From the NCBI GenBank assembly GCA_040386535.1, contig JAZKFH010000009.1:1-64000 (forward strand): 64,000 nt of DNA, read 5' to 3'. Shown here in pieces: positions 40,455 to 50,230 of this stretch. Made by a program: the position numbers and the translations under genes. Under the pieces are notes generated by a model. It saw only the letters and a list, made by a program, of their open reading frames with translations, had not been told where the DNA came from and ran no database searches. The stretch is from Myxococcota bacterium (GTDB lineage Bacteria > Myxococcota_A > UBA796 > SXON01). Positions within the stretch are counted from its first letter, which is position 1, and the number at the start of each line of letters is the position of its first letter.

Positions 40455-40509
40455 ACGGTCAGGCTGCGGGGGCCGTCGATCAGGCGGCCCCCGATCTTGT
40501 GGAGGATAG

Positions 40510-41625
40510 ATGGCGGGCAAGCGCGACTTCTACGAAGTGCTCGGCGTGGCACGTGGTGCTACCGCCAACGAGATCAAGAAAGCCTTCCGGCAGATGGCGA
40601 TGAAGTTCCATCCGGACAAGAATCCGGGGGACAAGGAGGCGGAGGCGCGCTTCAAGGAAGTGGCCGAAGCCTACGAGATCCTGGGGGACGACCAGAAGCG
40701 CCAGATGTACGACCGCTTCGGGCACGACGGTCTGCGCGGGGCCGGCTTCAACACCGGCTTCAACAACCAGGAAGAGATCTTCTCCCACTTCTCCGACATC
40801 TTCGGAGACCTCTTCGGCTTCGGCGGGGGCGGCGGTGGCCGTCGCCGTGGGCCCCGTCGCGGGCCCGACCTCGAATACCCGCTCACGATCGAGTTTCTCG
40901 AGGCCGCCAAGGGCTGTGAGAAGGAGATCCAGGTCCCCAAGCACGCCATCTGCCAGGAGTGCGACGGAAACGGGGCCGCCGCAGGGAGCCAGCCCCAGGT
41001 GTGCGCCACGTGTCGCGGCGCGGGCGAGGTCGTGCAGGCCCAGATGTTCCTGCGGATCCGCACGACCTGCCCGAGCTGCGGTGGGCGCGGCAAGGTCATC
41101 CGTGACCCGTGCACTCCGTGCGAGGGGAGCGGGCGGACGCGCATCAGCGAGAAGCTGAAGGTCACGATCCCCGGCGGGATCGACGACGGAATGCAGCTGC
41201 GTTTGCAGGGCAAGGGGGATGCCGGCGATCCCGGCGCCCCGTCCGGCGATCTGTACATCACCATCCGGGTCGCGGAGCACGAGATCTTCGGCCGGGATGG
41301 CAACAACGTGTTGTGTCAGGTGCCCATCAGCTACGCCACGGCGTGCCTGGGCGGGGAGATCTCGGTCCCCACGATCGACGGAGAGGAGAACCTCGAGGTC
41401 GAGGGTGGAACGCCCTCGGGCAAGGTCTTCACCCTCCGCGACAAGGGCATCCCCTCGTTGAACGGTCGCGGCCGCGGCGACCAGCTCGTCCAGGTGGTCG
41501 TCGCCGTGCCGAAGAACATGTCGGCCAAGGAAGAGGAGCTGGTGCGCCAGCTCGCGGCGCTCCAGGAGGCCAAGGTGGCCGACCGGAGCATCTGGAAGGA
41601 GTTCCTCAACCGGTGGACCAGCTAG
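40510..41625 (+). CDS. dnaJ: Chaperone DnaJ
   Basis: J-domain HPD; G/F region; four CxxCxGxG repeats. Confidence 0.98.
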   Translation: MAGKRDFYEVLGVARGATANEIKKAFRQMAMKFHPDKNPGDKEAEARFKEVAEAYEILGDDQKRQMYDRFGHDGLRGAGFNTGFNNQEEIFSHFSDIFGDLFGFGGGGGGRRRGPRRGPDLEYPLTIEFLEAAKGCEKEIQVPKHAICQECDGNGAAAGSQPQVCATCRGAGEVVQAQMFLRIRTTCPSCGGRGKVIRDPCTPCEGSGRTRISEKLKVTIPGGIDDGMQLRLQGKGDAGDPGAPSGDLYITIRVAEHEIFGRDGNNVLCQVPISYATACLGGEISVPTIDGEENLEVEGGTPSGKVFTLRDKGIPSLNGRGRGDQLVQVVVAVPKNMSAKEEELVRQLAALQEAKVADRSIWKEFLNRWTS

Positions 41626-41679
41626 CCGCCGATCAGTGGAAGGCATCGCCTGTCGCAGGTGTCGTCGGGGGAGGAACGA

Positions 41680-42687
41680 ATGGAAGAGAGAGACCTGCAG
41701 GCCGCGGGCTTTTCGCCGGGCCAGCTGACCGAAGAGCTCGCTGATGCCGCCAAGGCCCTCGGGGAGGTGCGGCGACAGGTCGCGCGGGTGATCGTCGGCC
41801 AGAAGTACATGATCGACCGGCTGCTCATCGCGTTGCTCGCGGACGGGCACATCCTGCTCGAAGGCGTGCCCGGGTTGGCGAAGACCACGGCGGTCAAGGC
41901 GGTGGCGAGCACGCTCGAAGCCCAATTCTCGCGCATCCAATTCACGCCGGATCTCCTCCCGGCGGATGTCATCGGGACTCAGATCTACAACCCCCGGGAC
42001 GGAGGCTTCTCCACCCGCAAGGGCCCGATCTTCACCAACATCCTGCTCGCGGACGAGATCAACCGCGCGCCGGCGAAGGTGCAGTCCGCCCTGCTCGAGG
42101 CGATGCAGGAGCGGCAGGTGACACTCGCCGACCAGACCTGGAAGCTGCCCCGTCCCTTCCTGGTGTTGGCGACCCAGAACCCCATCGAGCAGGAGGGGAC
42201 CTACCCCCTCCCCGAGGCCCAGGTGGACCGCTTCATGATGAAGCTGGTCGTGACCTACCCCTCCGCCGAGGAGGAGAGGCTGATCCTCGAGCGCAGCTCC
42301 CAGCCCGTCGCGCTACCGGACATGGTGCTCGATCCCGCGCGGATCCTCCGCATCCAGGACCTCACGCGCCAGGTGACCATCAAGCCCATGTTGGCGGGCT
42401 ACATCGTCAACCTCGTGCAGGCCACCCGGCAGCCGGGCGCGTTCTCGACGCGCCTCGCGCGCCTCGTGCAGTTCGGCGCCTCGCCCCGCGCTACGATCGC
42501 GTTGGCGGCGGCGGCCCGCGCGGCGGCCGTGCTCGACGGGCGCGAGTTCGCCACCCCCGACGACGTGAAGGAGGTCGCGCTCGACGTGCTGCGGCACCGC
42601 GTGCTGCTGACCTACGAGGCCGAAGCCGAGCAGGTCACGGCCGACCACGTGATCCGCGAGATCCTCTCGACCGTGAAGACGCCCTGA
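41680..42687 (+). CDS. moxR: MoxR-family AAA+ ATPase
   Basis: GHILLEGVPGLAKT; RIQFTPDLLPAD; DEINRAPAKVQSALLEAM; TQNPIEQEGTYPLPEAQ.DRF. Confidence 0.96.
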   Translation: MEERDLQAAGFSPGQLTEELADAAKALGEVRRQVARVIVGQKYMIDRLLIALLADGHILLEGVPGLAKTTAVKAVASTLEAQFSRIQFTPDLLPADVIGTQIYNPRDGGFSTRKGPIFTNILLADEINRAPAKVQSALLEAMQERQVTLADQTWKLPRPFLVLATQNPIEQEGTYPLPEAQVDRFMMKLVVTYPSAEEERLILERSSQPVALPDMVLDPARILRIQDLTRQVTIKPMLAGYIVNLVQATRQPGAFSTRLARLVQFGASPRATIALAAAARAAAVLDGREFATPDDVKEVALDVLRHRVLLTYEAEAEQVTADHVIREILSTVKTP

Positions 42688-42700
42688 GGGCGAGACCCCC

Positions 42701-43558
42701 TTGCTTACCTCCGAAGAGCTCCGCCAGATCCGTCGCCTCCACGTGCAAGCAGGCCGTCGTGTAGACAGCCTGCTCGCCGGCGACTATCGCTCGGCCTTCA
42801 AGGGCAGCGGGATGGAGTTCGAGGAGGTACGCCAGTACGTCCCCGGTGACGACGTTCGGCGCATCGACTGGAACGTCACCGCCCGGACCGGTGACGCATG
42901 GATCAAGGAGTTCCGGGAGGAGCGCGAGCTGACCCTGCTCGTGCTGCTGGACGTGAGCGGCTCCGTCCGGTTCGGCTCCGGCGGGCGGGACGGACGCACC
43001 GACAAGCGGCTCCAGATGGCGCGCGCCGCGGGTGGGCTCGCCTACGCGGCCCTGCGCACGGGGGACCGCGTCGGACTGCTGACCTTCAGCGATCGCATCC
43101 ACCACTACCTGCCTCCGCGGCGGAGCCGCGGGCACGCGTGGCAGGTGATCAGCGCCGCCTTCGAGCACTATGGGGAGGACCACGGCACCGACATCGCCGG
43201 CGCGCTGGCCTACGCCACGAAGGTCATGAAGCGGCGCGCCGTCGTCGCCGTGTTGTCCGACTTCCAAGCCGCGCGCCCCTTCGGGCCGGAGCTCGGCGCG
43301 CTCGTGCGTCGTCACAAGACCCACGCGCTCCTGTTCCACGATCCGCGTGAACAGGCGCTTCCCAACGTCGGGCTCGTGTCCCTACGCGACGCGGAGACGG
43401 GGGAGCTGAGGGTGATCGACGCGGCGGCGCTGAGCGCGGCCCGTTCGGTGGACACCCGGCTGGCCGAGCTGCGGCGCCACGGCGTGCGCGCCAGCGCGGT
43501 CGCGACCGACGAGGACGCGTTCCTGCGCCTCCAGCAGCACTTCCGGGGCGCCCGATGA
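42701..43558 (+). CDS. DUF58 protein (MoxR/Bat operon)
   Basis: GMEFEEVRQYVPGDDVRRIDWNVTAR; DVSGS; LSDF. Confidence 0.93.
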   Translation: MLTSEELRQIRRLHVQAGRRVDSLLAGDYRSAFKGSGMEFEEVRQYVPGDDVRRIDWNVTARTGDAWIKEFREERELTLLVLLDVSGSVRFGSGGRDGRTDKRLQMARAAGGLAYAALRTGDRVGLLTFSDRIHHYLPPRRSRGHAWQVISAAFEHYGEDHGTDIAGALAYATKVMKRRAVVAVLSDFQAARPFGPELGALVRRHKTHALLFHDPREQALPNVGLVSLRDAETGELRVIDAAALSAARSVDTRLAELRRHGVRASAVATDEDAFLRLQQHFRGAR

Positions 43559-44346
43559 GCGTGCTGCTCCTGCTCGCGGCGTGCCTCGGCACCGAGCCCG
43601 TTCCCCTCGCGCCGGGGGCCCCCGTGTGGGTCGAAGCCCGCCAGGTGGGGAAGGGGGAGCCGGTGCGCCTTCACGCGCCCGCGGGCACCGCGCTCCCGGC
43701 GGTCGAGGGCCTCGTCGCGACCGAGGTGGCCACCGACGACGGTGCCACGGTGGTGTGGGAGCTGCGTGGCGAGCCAGGCTCCTACGTCGTCGAGGTCCCC
43801 GCCGGCACCGGCCCGGCGACGCGGGTGTTCCTCGACATCGGGGTCGACGGGCCCACCGGCGGGCCGATGGAGGATCTCGCGGACGTCCCGGCGCCCGCCG
43901 TTCCGCAGTGGCCGAAGGTCGCGGGGATCGTGTCGGCCGTCGCGACGCTGATCGCCATCGGCCTGTATGCCTGGAAGAAGCTTCGCCCGGCGCCGCCGCC
44001 TCCGCCGCCCGAGCCCGCCGACCGGGTGGCCCGTCGCGCATGGGCCAACCTCCGCGCGCGCAGCGATCTCGAGCCCGACGTGCTCGCCGCGGAGCTCTCG
44101 GCGGTGTTCCGGCGGTACCTCGAGTCTGTGCACGCGTGGCCGGCGACCTCGCGGACGTCGCGTGAGATCCTGGACGCGCTCGCGGGCGATCTTCCCGCGG
44201 TGGCGCTCGAGCGCGCCCGCCGACTGCTCAACGCCATGGACATCGTGCGGTTCAGCGAGCGGTCGGCGCACGAGGGGTTCTTCACGGCGCTCGACGACGA
44301 CTTCGAGGCCCTCCTCACCGTCCGCGCCGGAGCACCCCGTGCTTGA
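43555..44346 (+). CDS. Hypothetical membrane protein of the Bat operon
   Basis: Signal peptide, one TM, PPPPP, ..RRYLE....A..RTSRE...DIVRF; overlaps both neighbours. Confidence 0.75.
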   Translation: MSVLLLLAACLGTEPVPLAPGAPVWVEARQVGKGEPVRLHAPAGTALPAVEGLVATEVATDDGATVVWELRGEPGSYVVEVPAGTGPATRVFLDIGVDGPTGGPMEDLADVPAPAVPQWPKVAGIVSAVATLIAIGLYAWKKLRPAPPPPPPEPADRVARRAWANLRARSDLEPDVLAAELSAVFRRYLESVHAWPATSRTSREILDALAGDLPAVALERARRLLNAMDIVRFSERSAHEGFFTALDDDFEALLTVRAGAPRA

Positions 44347-45301
44347 GTGGATGCATCCAGCGTGGTTGTTGGCGCTTCCGCTCGCGCTGATCCCGTGGCT
44401 CGCGTGGCTCCGCCCCCACGCAGTCCGGTTCTCGGCGCTCGGCGCGGTGACCGTGCGGCGCACATGGCGAAGCCTCGGCGCGCCGATCCTGCCCCTCCTC
44501 GAGTGCATCGCCATCGTCGGGGTGGTCGTGGCGTTGGCGCGCCCGCAGGAGGTGCGGCGCGAGACCCTCCGCGAGTCCCAGGGCATCGACATCCTGCTCG
44601 CCATCGACACCAGCGGGTCGATGGAGTCGCCCGACATGCGCGCCGGGCCGCGCGAGCTGACCCGGCTCGAGGCCTCCAAGCTGGTCATGGCCCAGTTCGT
44701 GTCGGAGCGCCCCGACGATCGGATCGGGCTCGAGGTGTTCGGGGAGGACGCCTTCGTGCAGGTGCCCCTGACCCTCGACCACGAGGCGCTCGGCTCCTTC
44801 ATCGGCCAGCTCGAGATCGGCATGGCCGGCAAGAACGCGACCGCCGTGGGAACGGCCATCGCCATCGGCACCAAACGAATGAAGGAACTCGAGGCTCCCT
44901 CGAGGGTCATGATCCTCGTGACCGACGGGCGCTCGAACGCGGGGAGCGTCTCTCCGCTCCAGGCGGCGGAAGCGGCGGCGGCGCTCGGAGTGCGTGTGTA
45001 CACGATCGGCGTCGGAAGCGCGGGACGGGGCGGACTGTTCGGGGCCATGGTCGGTGCCGAGATCGACGAGCGTACGTTGGGGGCTGTCGCCACGAAGACC
45101 GGCGGGCGCTACTACCGCGCCGCCGACACGAACGCGCTCGCCCAGGTCTACGCCGAGATCGATCAGCTCGAACAGTCGACAGCGCGCACCAAGGAGTTCG
45201 TCCATCGTGACGAGCGGTACCTCCTCGCTCTCCTGCCGGCGCTCCTCGCGTTCTTCGTCCAGCTCGGCCTGAGCGCGACCGTCCTCCGGAAGCTCCCATG
45301 A
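44339..45301 (+). CDS. batA: VWA-domain membrane protein (BatA-like)
   Basis: ALARPQ; MIDAS DTSGSM; DRIGL; TAVG.AI; LVTDG.SN.G; VYTIGVG. Confidence 0.85.
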   Translation: MLEWMHPAWLLALPLALIPWLAWLRPHAVRFSALGAVTVRRTWRSLGAPILPLLECIAIVGVVVALARPQEVRRETLRESQGIDILLAIDTSGSMESPDMRAGPRELTRLEASKLVMAQFVSERPDDRIGLEVFGEDAFVQVPLTLDHEALGSFIGQLEIGMAGKNATAVGTAIAIGTKRMKELEAPSRVMILVTDGRSNAGSVSPLQAAEAAAALGVRVYTIGVGSAGRGGLFGAMVGAEIDERTLGAVATKTGGRYYRAADTNALAQVYAEIDQLEQSTARTKEFVHRDERYLLALLPALLAFFVQLGLSATVLRKLP

Positions 45302-47253
45302 CGTGGGCGCGTCCCGATCTGTTGGCCCTCCTGCTCCTCGTGCCCGTCGCGGTCCTCGTGGTGCTGTACGCCGAGCGCACCCGCTGGCGCCATCTCACGC
45401 TGCTGGCGGCGCTCGACGTGCTCCCGACGATCCTGCCGCCCCGCCTGCGCACGGTGCGCACGTGGCAGGCCGTGCTCGCCGTCGTCACCACGCTGGGGCT
45501 CGCCCTGGCGGCGGCCGGGCCCCGGCTCGGCTTCGAGTGGCAGCAACAGAAGGTGGAGGGCGTGTCCATCGTGGTCGTGCTCGACGTGTCGCGCAGCATG
45601 GACGCGCAGGACGTGCCGCCTTCCCGCATCGAACGCGCCCGCCGCGAGATCCTCGACCTGGTGGGCCTGCTACGGGGGGACGCCGTGGGCCTCGTGATCT
45701 TCGCAGCCGGCCCATATGTCCGCATCCCGCTCACGGTCGACTACGACACGTTCACCTGGGCCGTGAAGGACAGCTCCTCGGGCACGATCCGGGCGCAAGG
45801 CAGCGCCCTCGCCGGTGCGCTCGAGTCGGCCGCGGGCCTGCTCGAGAAGGCCGAGGGGTCCGGCAAGGCGATCCTCCTGGTCAGCGACGGCGAGTCGCAC
45901 GACGAGCCCGCCGAGATGGACGCGGCCGTCGCGCGGGTACGCGCGGCGGACGTGCGCGTGTACGCCCTCGGCGTCGGCGAGCCCACGGGGGCTCCGATCC
46001 CGCTCGAGGAGGGCGGCTTCAAGAAGGACGCTACCGGGGACGTCGTGTTGTCCCGTCTGGACGAGGATGTCCTTCGGCGGCTTGCCTCTTCCACGGGTGG
46101 GGCGTACGTGCGGGCGGTGGCCTCCGATGAAGATGTGCGCGCGTTGTACGAGACGGAGATCCGCGGGAAGCTGGCTGCTTCCGAGCGGGGCGTTCGCCGC
46201 GAGAAGCTCTGGCACGAGCGGTTCCAGTGGCCGCTCGGGCTGGCGCTCGTGAGCCTGTCGATCTCCGGCCTGCTCGGGATCGGCCGTCGCCGCGTCCGCG
46301 CCGCTCGAGGCGCAGCCTCGGCGGTCGTGCTCCTGGGTGCGCTCGCGCTCGGGTTTCCCGGGCCCGCGTGGGCCGGCGCCGCCGAAGATGGCCAGACGGC
46401 GCTTCGCGCCCAGCAGTGGGATCGCGCGGCCGAGCTCCTCGGGCAGGCGCGGGTGGACGATCCGGGCGATCTCCAGGCGATGCGCGGGCTCGCGGAGGCC
46501 TTGTACCGGTCGGGACGCGTGCGCGAGGCCGAGCAGCTCTACCGCACGCTCGCCGAGCAGGACGCGCCGAACCGCGCGGTCCATCTCTACAATGCCGGCA
46601 ACGCGGCGTACCGCGGCGGTCGGCTCGCCGACGCGCTCGACGACTTCCGGTCCGCCGCCCAGGCGGACCCCACGATGAAGCCCGCGCAGACCAACGCCAC
46701 CGCCGTCGAGCGGGAGATGGCCGCGCGCGTGGAGCCGCCCCCGCCCGAGTCGGGCGACGATCAGGGGGAGGAGCAGGCGGGCGAGCAGGAGGAGCAGGCG
46801 TCCAGCGAGCAGCAGGGGCAACCCGGCCAGCAGGGCGAGGATGGGCAGGCCGAGGGGCAGCAAGAGCAGCCCGGCGACGGGGGGCAGGAGCAGGGCGGCG
46901 AAGAGGGGAAGGACCCGTCCGACGGTCAGGCCTCCGAGAGGACGCCGCCGGCCGGAGAGCCTCCGGGCGCGCCCCAGAGCGGATCCCGCGGCGACGACGA
47001 GGGTCAGCGAGAGGGAACGCCCACGCAGGGGGCGGAGGGCCAGCCCACGGCGGAACAATCGGGCGCCGAAGCGGACGCCACGGTGTCTGCCGAGGGGGAC
47101 GACGGGGCGGACGCGGCCGGTCAGGCGGGGGATGACACCCCCAACGGCACGGGCGAGATGACGCGCGAGCAAGCCGCCCGCCTCGTCGACTCCGTCCCGG
47201 ACGGGACACCCCGGGTGGTCGTGGGCGGCCGCGGCACGGAGATGGACTGGTGA
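45298..47253 (+). CDS. VWA + TPR protein with Q/E/G-rich tail (BatB-BatC-like fusion)
   Basis: DVSRSM...PSRI; PLTVD; SDGESH; YNAGNAAYR TPR; acidic tail ending DW. Confidence 0.85.
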   Translation: MTWARPDLLALLLLVPVAVLVVLYAERTRWRHLTLLAALDVLPTILPPRLRTVRTWQAVLAVVTTLGLALAAAGPRLGFEWQQQKVEGVSIVVVLDVSRSMDAQDVPPSRIERARREILDLVGLLRGDAVGLVIFAAGPYVRIPLTVDYDTFTWAVKDSSSGTIRAQGSALAGALESAAGLLEKAEGSGKAILLVSDGESHDEPAEMDAAVARVRAADVRVYALGVGEPTGAPIPLEEGGFKKDATGDVVLSRLDEDVLRRLASSTGGAYVRAVASDEDVRALYETEIRGKLAASERGVRREKLWHERFQWPLGLALVSLSISGLLGIGRRRVRAARGAASAVVLLGALALGFPGPAWAGAAEDGQTALRAQQWDRAAELLGQARVDDPGDLQAMRGLAEALYRSGRVREAEQLYRTLAEQDAPNRAVHLYNAGNAAYRGGRLADALDDFRSAAQADPTMKPAQTNATAVEREMAARVEPPPPESGDDQGEEQAGEQEEQASSEQQGQPGQQGEDGQAEGQQEQPGDGGQEQGGEEGKDPSDGQASERTPPAGEPPGAPQSGSRGDDEGQREGTPTQGAEGQPTAEQSGAEADATVSAEGDDGADAAGQAGDDTPNGTGEMTREQAARLVDSVPDGTPRVVVGGRGTEMDW

Positions 47254-48854
47254 TCGGCATCGTGTTGGTACAGGCTGCCTTCGCGGCGCAGGTCGTGCTT
47301 CAGCTCGAGAGCAACGAGGTTCGGGAGGGGCAGGCGGTGCCGCTCGAGCTCGTGGTGATCGACGCCGTCCCGCGCGCCGTTCCCCGCCTGGACGTGCCGG
47401 ACGGGCTCCAGGTGGTCTACCGCTCGCAGTCCCAGCAGCGGCAGATCATCAACTTCCAGTCGACCTCGTCGACCACCTTCAGCTACACCCTCACCGCGGT
47501 GCGCGCCGGCGAGTACGCGTTGGGGCCGGTGACGGTCCCCACGGACGCGGGCGAGCTCTCCACCGCGCCGCTCCGCGTGCGGGTGGCCCCACGCGCGTCC
47601 GGAGGCGCCGAGGCGCTCACCGGCGACATCGGCGTCGACCACGTGTGGGTCGGCCAGGTGCTGGTCTACCACCTCCGCTTCCAGACGGAGAAGAACGTGG
47701 TGAGCGGCCGGTGGACCCCGCCGGCGCCCTCCGGCTTCACGGCCGAGCCCACCGTCGAGCCGGTCACCTCGGAGTATCGCCTCGAGCAGGACGGCAAGCC
47801 GCTCTCCATCCAGGAGCTCTACTTCCCGCTTCGGGCCTCCGCGCCCGGCAAGTGGACCATCCCCGGGGGGGTGCTCCAGGCCCAGTACGCCGTCACCGAC
47901 AAGAGCTCGCGCCGTCGCAACAGCCCGTTCGAGGGCATCGGGGCGTTCGGAAACGTCCGGTACGAGGTGTACTCGGCGGCGCCGATCGACGTCGAGGTTC
48001 GCGCGGTGCCCGTGGAGGGGCGCCCGGCCGACGCCACCGAGCTCGTCGGCCGCTACACCATCGCGGCGAAGGCCTCCGATGGAAAGGCCCGTGTCGGAGA
48101 TACCGTCACGGTCGAGGTCGTCATCGAGGGCGACGGCGTGCTGGCAGGCTTCTCGCTGCCGCCGCTCGCGGGGAGCGACTTCCGCGTCTACGACGATCAG
48201 CCTGTCGTGGAGTCGCGGATCGAAGACGGGAAGTATCGGGCGAAGGCCACCTTCAAGCGTGCCATCGTCCCGCAGGCCCCCGGCGCCATCGAGGTCCCGC
48301 CGATCGAGATTGCCTACTTCGACCCTGTCGAAGGCGCGTGGGCTCGGATGAGCACCGAGCCGATTCGACTCGACGTGGGCGGGGAGGCGACACCAGCCGC
48401 CCTGACCACGTGGGACGAGGGGGTCGCCCCTTCCGTCGACTCGCTGGGAGAGGACATCCTCCCGGTCCGAACCGACGTTCGGCTCGCCCGTCCGGTCCCG
48501 CGGCCGCTCGCCTTCGCCCTGCTCGCGCCGGGTGCGGCGTTGCTCCTGCTCCAGGGGCTTCTTGCGTTCCGGGTGCGCAAGCCGCGAATCCAGGAGCGTG
48601 TGCTGGCCTTCGATGACCTGCCGGCCGACGGCGAAGCACGCCTCGCCGGGGTCGAGCGCATCTTCCGCGAGCGTGTCGCCCGCCGGCTCTGTCTGGCGCC
48701 CGAGGCGCTCCGTCGTGAGGACCTGGCCGCGCTCGGGCCGGTCGCCGACGAAGCCGAGATCATCTACCGCGCCCTCGAGCGGCGCCGCTACGGTGGGCAG
48801 GACACCAGCGTCTCCGAGGAGCGGATCCGCGCGTTGGTGGAGAGATGGCCATGA
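47250..48854 (+). CDS. batD: BatD-family protein
   Basis: Signal peptide; Ig-like repeats (IINFQST...G.Y.LGP; VGDTVTVEV; IAYFDP); position in operon. Confidence 0.8.
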   Translation: MIGIVLVQAAFAAQVVLQLESNEVREGQAVPLELVVIDAVPRAVPRLDVPDGLQVVYRSQSQQRQIINFQSTSSTTFSYTLTAVRAGEYALGPVTVPTDAGELSTAPLRVRVAPRASGGAEALTGDIGVDHVWVGQVLVYHLRFQTEKNVVSGRWTPPAPSGFTAEPTVEPVTSEYRLEQDGKPLSIQELYFPLRASAPGKWTIPGGVLQAQYAVTDKSSRRRNSPFEGIGAFGNVRYEVYSAAPIDVEVRAVPVEGRPADATELVGRYTIAAKASDGKARVGDTVTVEVVIEGDGVLAGFSLPPLAGSDFRVYDDQPVVESRIEDGKYRAKATFKRAIVPQAPGAIEVPPIEIAYFDPVEGAWARMSTEPIRLDVGGEATPAALTTWDEGVAPSVDSLGEDILPVRTDVRLARPVPRPLAFALLAPGAALLLLQGLLAFRVRKPRIQERVLAFDDLPADGEARLAGVERIFRERVARRLCLAPEALRREDLAALGPVADEAEIIYRALERRRYGGQDTSVSEERIRALVERWP

Positions 48855-49585
48855 TCCTGCTCACGTTCACGCTCTGGGCCGGACCCGCCCTCGCCGCGGT
48901 GGAGGAGAGCTTCGAGGAAGCGAACACGGCGCTCGCGGCGGGCGATCTTGCGAAGGCCGAGGCGGGCTACCGCGCCGTGATCGAGGAGGGGTACGCGACC
49001 GGAGACATCTGGTACAACCTCGGGAACGTCCTCTATCGTCAGGAGCGGCACCCCGAGGCCGCCCTGGCGTGGCGCAACGCCGCGTCGCGCCTGCCGCGCG
49101 ACCCCGACATCGAGGCAAACCTCGACTTCGTGCGGCGAACCTTCCGCGATGGCCTCGTCGCGCCCGATCCCCATCCCTGGTTCGCTCCCTGGCAGGTGGC
49201 GCTCACCGCGGACGAGGGCATCTGGCTGGGCGCCGCGTTTGCCGGTCTCGGCCTGCTCGCGATCGCCGCCCGGCGGCGGAGCCCCCACTTTCCGCTCGCG
49301 CCCGTGGGGATTGGCGTGTGCGTCGTGGGCGGGCTGCTCGCCGCGGGAGGCCTCGCGGAAGCCGGGCAGCGGCCCGTCGCCATCGTGCTGGTCCCGCAGG
49401 CCACGGCCACGTCGGATCTCGGCGGTGGTGTCGAGCTGTTCACGCTCCACGCGGGCGCCGAGGTCTCCACGCTCGAAGAGGCGGCTGGTCGCACGCTCGT
49501 GCTGCTCCCGGACGGGCGCAAGGGCTGGCTCCCGATCGCGTCGCTCGGCGTTGTGGACCCATCTGGTCCCGCTCCGGTGTTATGA
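48851..49585 (+). CDS. TPR + SH3-like membrane protein (BatE-like)
   Basis: YNLGN; PRDPDIEANL; two TMs; LHAGAEV...LPDGRKGWLP. Confidence 0.8.
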   Translation: MILLTFTLWAGPALAAVEESFEEANTALAAGDLAKAEAGYRAVIEEGYATGDIWYNLGNVLYRQERHPEAALAWRNAASRLPRDPDIEANLDFVRRTFRDGLVAPDPHPWFAPWQVALTADEGIWLGAAFAGLGLLAIAARRRSPHFPLAPVGIGVCVVGGLLAAGGLAEAGQRPVAIVLVPQATATSDLGGGVELFTLHAGAEVSTLEEAAGRTLVLLPDGRKGWLPIASLGVVDPSGPAPVL

Positions 49586-49602
49586 CCGCGCGCGGAGGCG
49601 TC

Positions 49603-50109
49603 ATGCATCGTCTGCTCCTCGCGTTGCTCTTCGTGGCCGGTTGTGGCTGGGAGGGCCGCGTCCGGCATCTCTCCGACACCGAGTTCGACCACTACTACGC
49701 GCTCAAGCCCTTCATGCCCGACGAGGACCGCAAGGTGTTCCTCAAGATGAAGACGGAGGACGAGCGCAGCGCCTTCTTGAAGGAGAAGGGCCTCTGGGAC
49801 CGCTTCTACAAGTACCCGGAGCACGTCCGCAAGGGCATCGTGGCGGGCGCGGTGCAGAACGGCTGGACCAAGGACATGGTGTACATGGCCTGGGGCGCGC
49901 CGTTCGACAAGCGCACGCTGGTCGGGCGCCCCGCGCCCCGGTCCGAGCTGCTCGTGTACAAGTTCGAGAAGCAGGAAGACGGCACCGTGCTCGTGTACGT
50001 GCCGAACAGCAAGACCGAGTACAAGGCGGTCGAGCGCTTCACGAGGGACGTCTACCTGGACAGCGACCAGGTGACCGAGATCATCGAGCGCAAGGGCTGG
50101 GCGCAGTAG
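49603..50109 (+). CDS. Hypothetical lipoprotein
   Basis: GGAGG RBS; MHRLLLALLFVAGC lipobox; GWTKDMVYMAWGAP. Confidence 0.8.
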   Translation: MHRLLLALLFVAGCGWEGRVRHLSDTEFDHYYALKPFMPDEDRKVFLKMKTEDERSAFLKEKGLWDRFYKYPEHVRKGIVAGAVQNGWTKDMVYMAWGAPFDKRTLVGRPAPRSELLVYKFEKQEDGTVLVYVPNSKTEYKAVERFTRDVYLDSDQVTEIIERKGWAQ

Positions 50110-50230
50110 GCGTCCACCTTCGGTAGTCCGGTCCTCCGTTCTGTACGAGACGGGGGAGCGCGGGGACGGGGTGGTGGCAATCGGGCCCCGCCGCGTCTAA
50201 GGTAGCGTGGCCCGAGCCTGGAGCGCAGCG

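Noticed and set aside
40467..40492. GC hairpin between dnaK and dnaJ as a terminator
   Set aside because: No U-tract. More likely an mRNA-stabilising or attenuating stem, so it is not called as a terminator.
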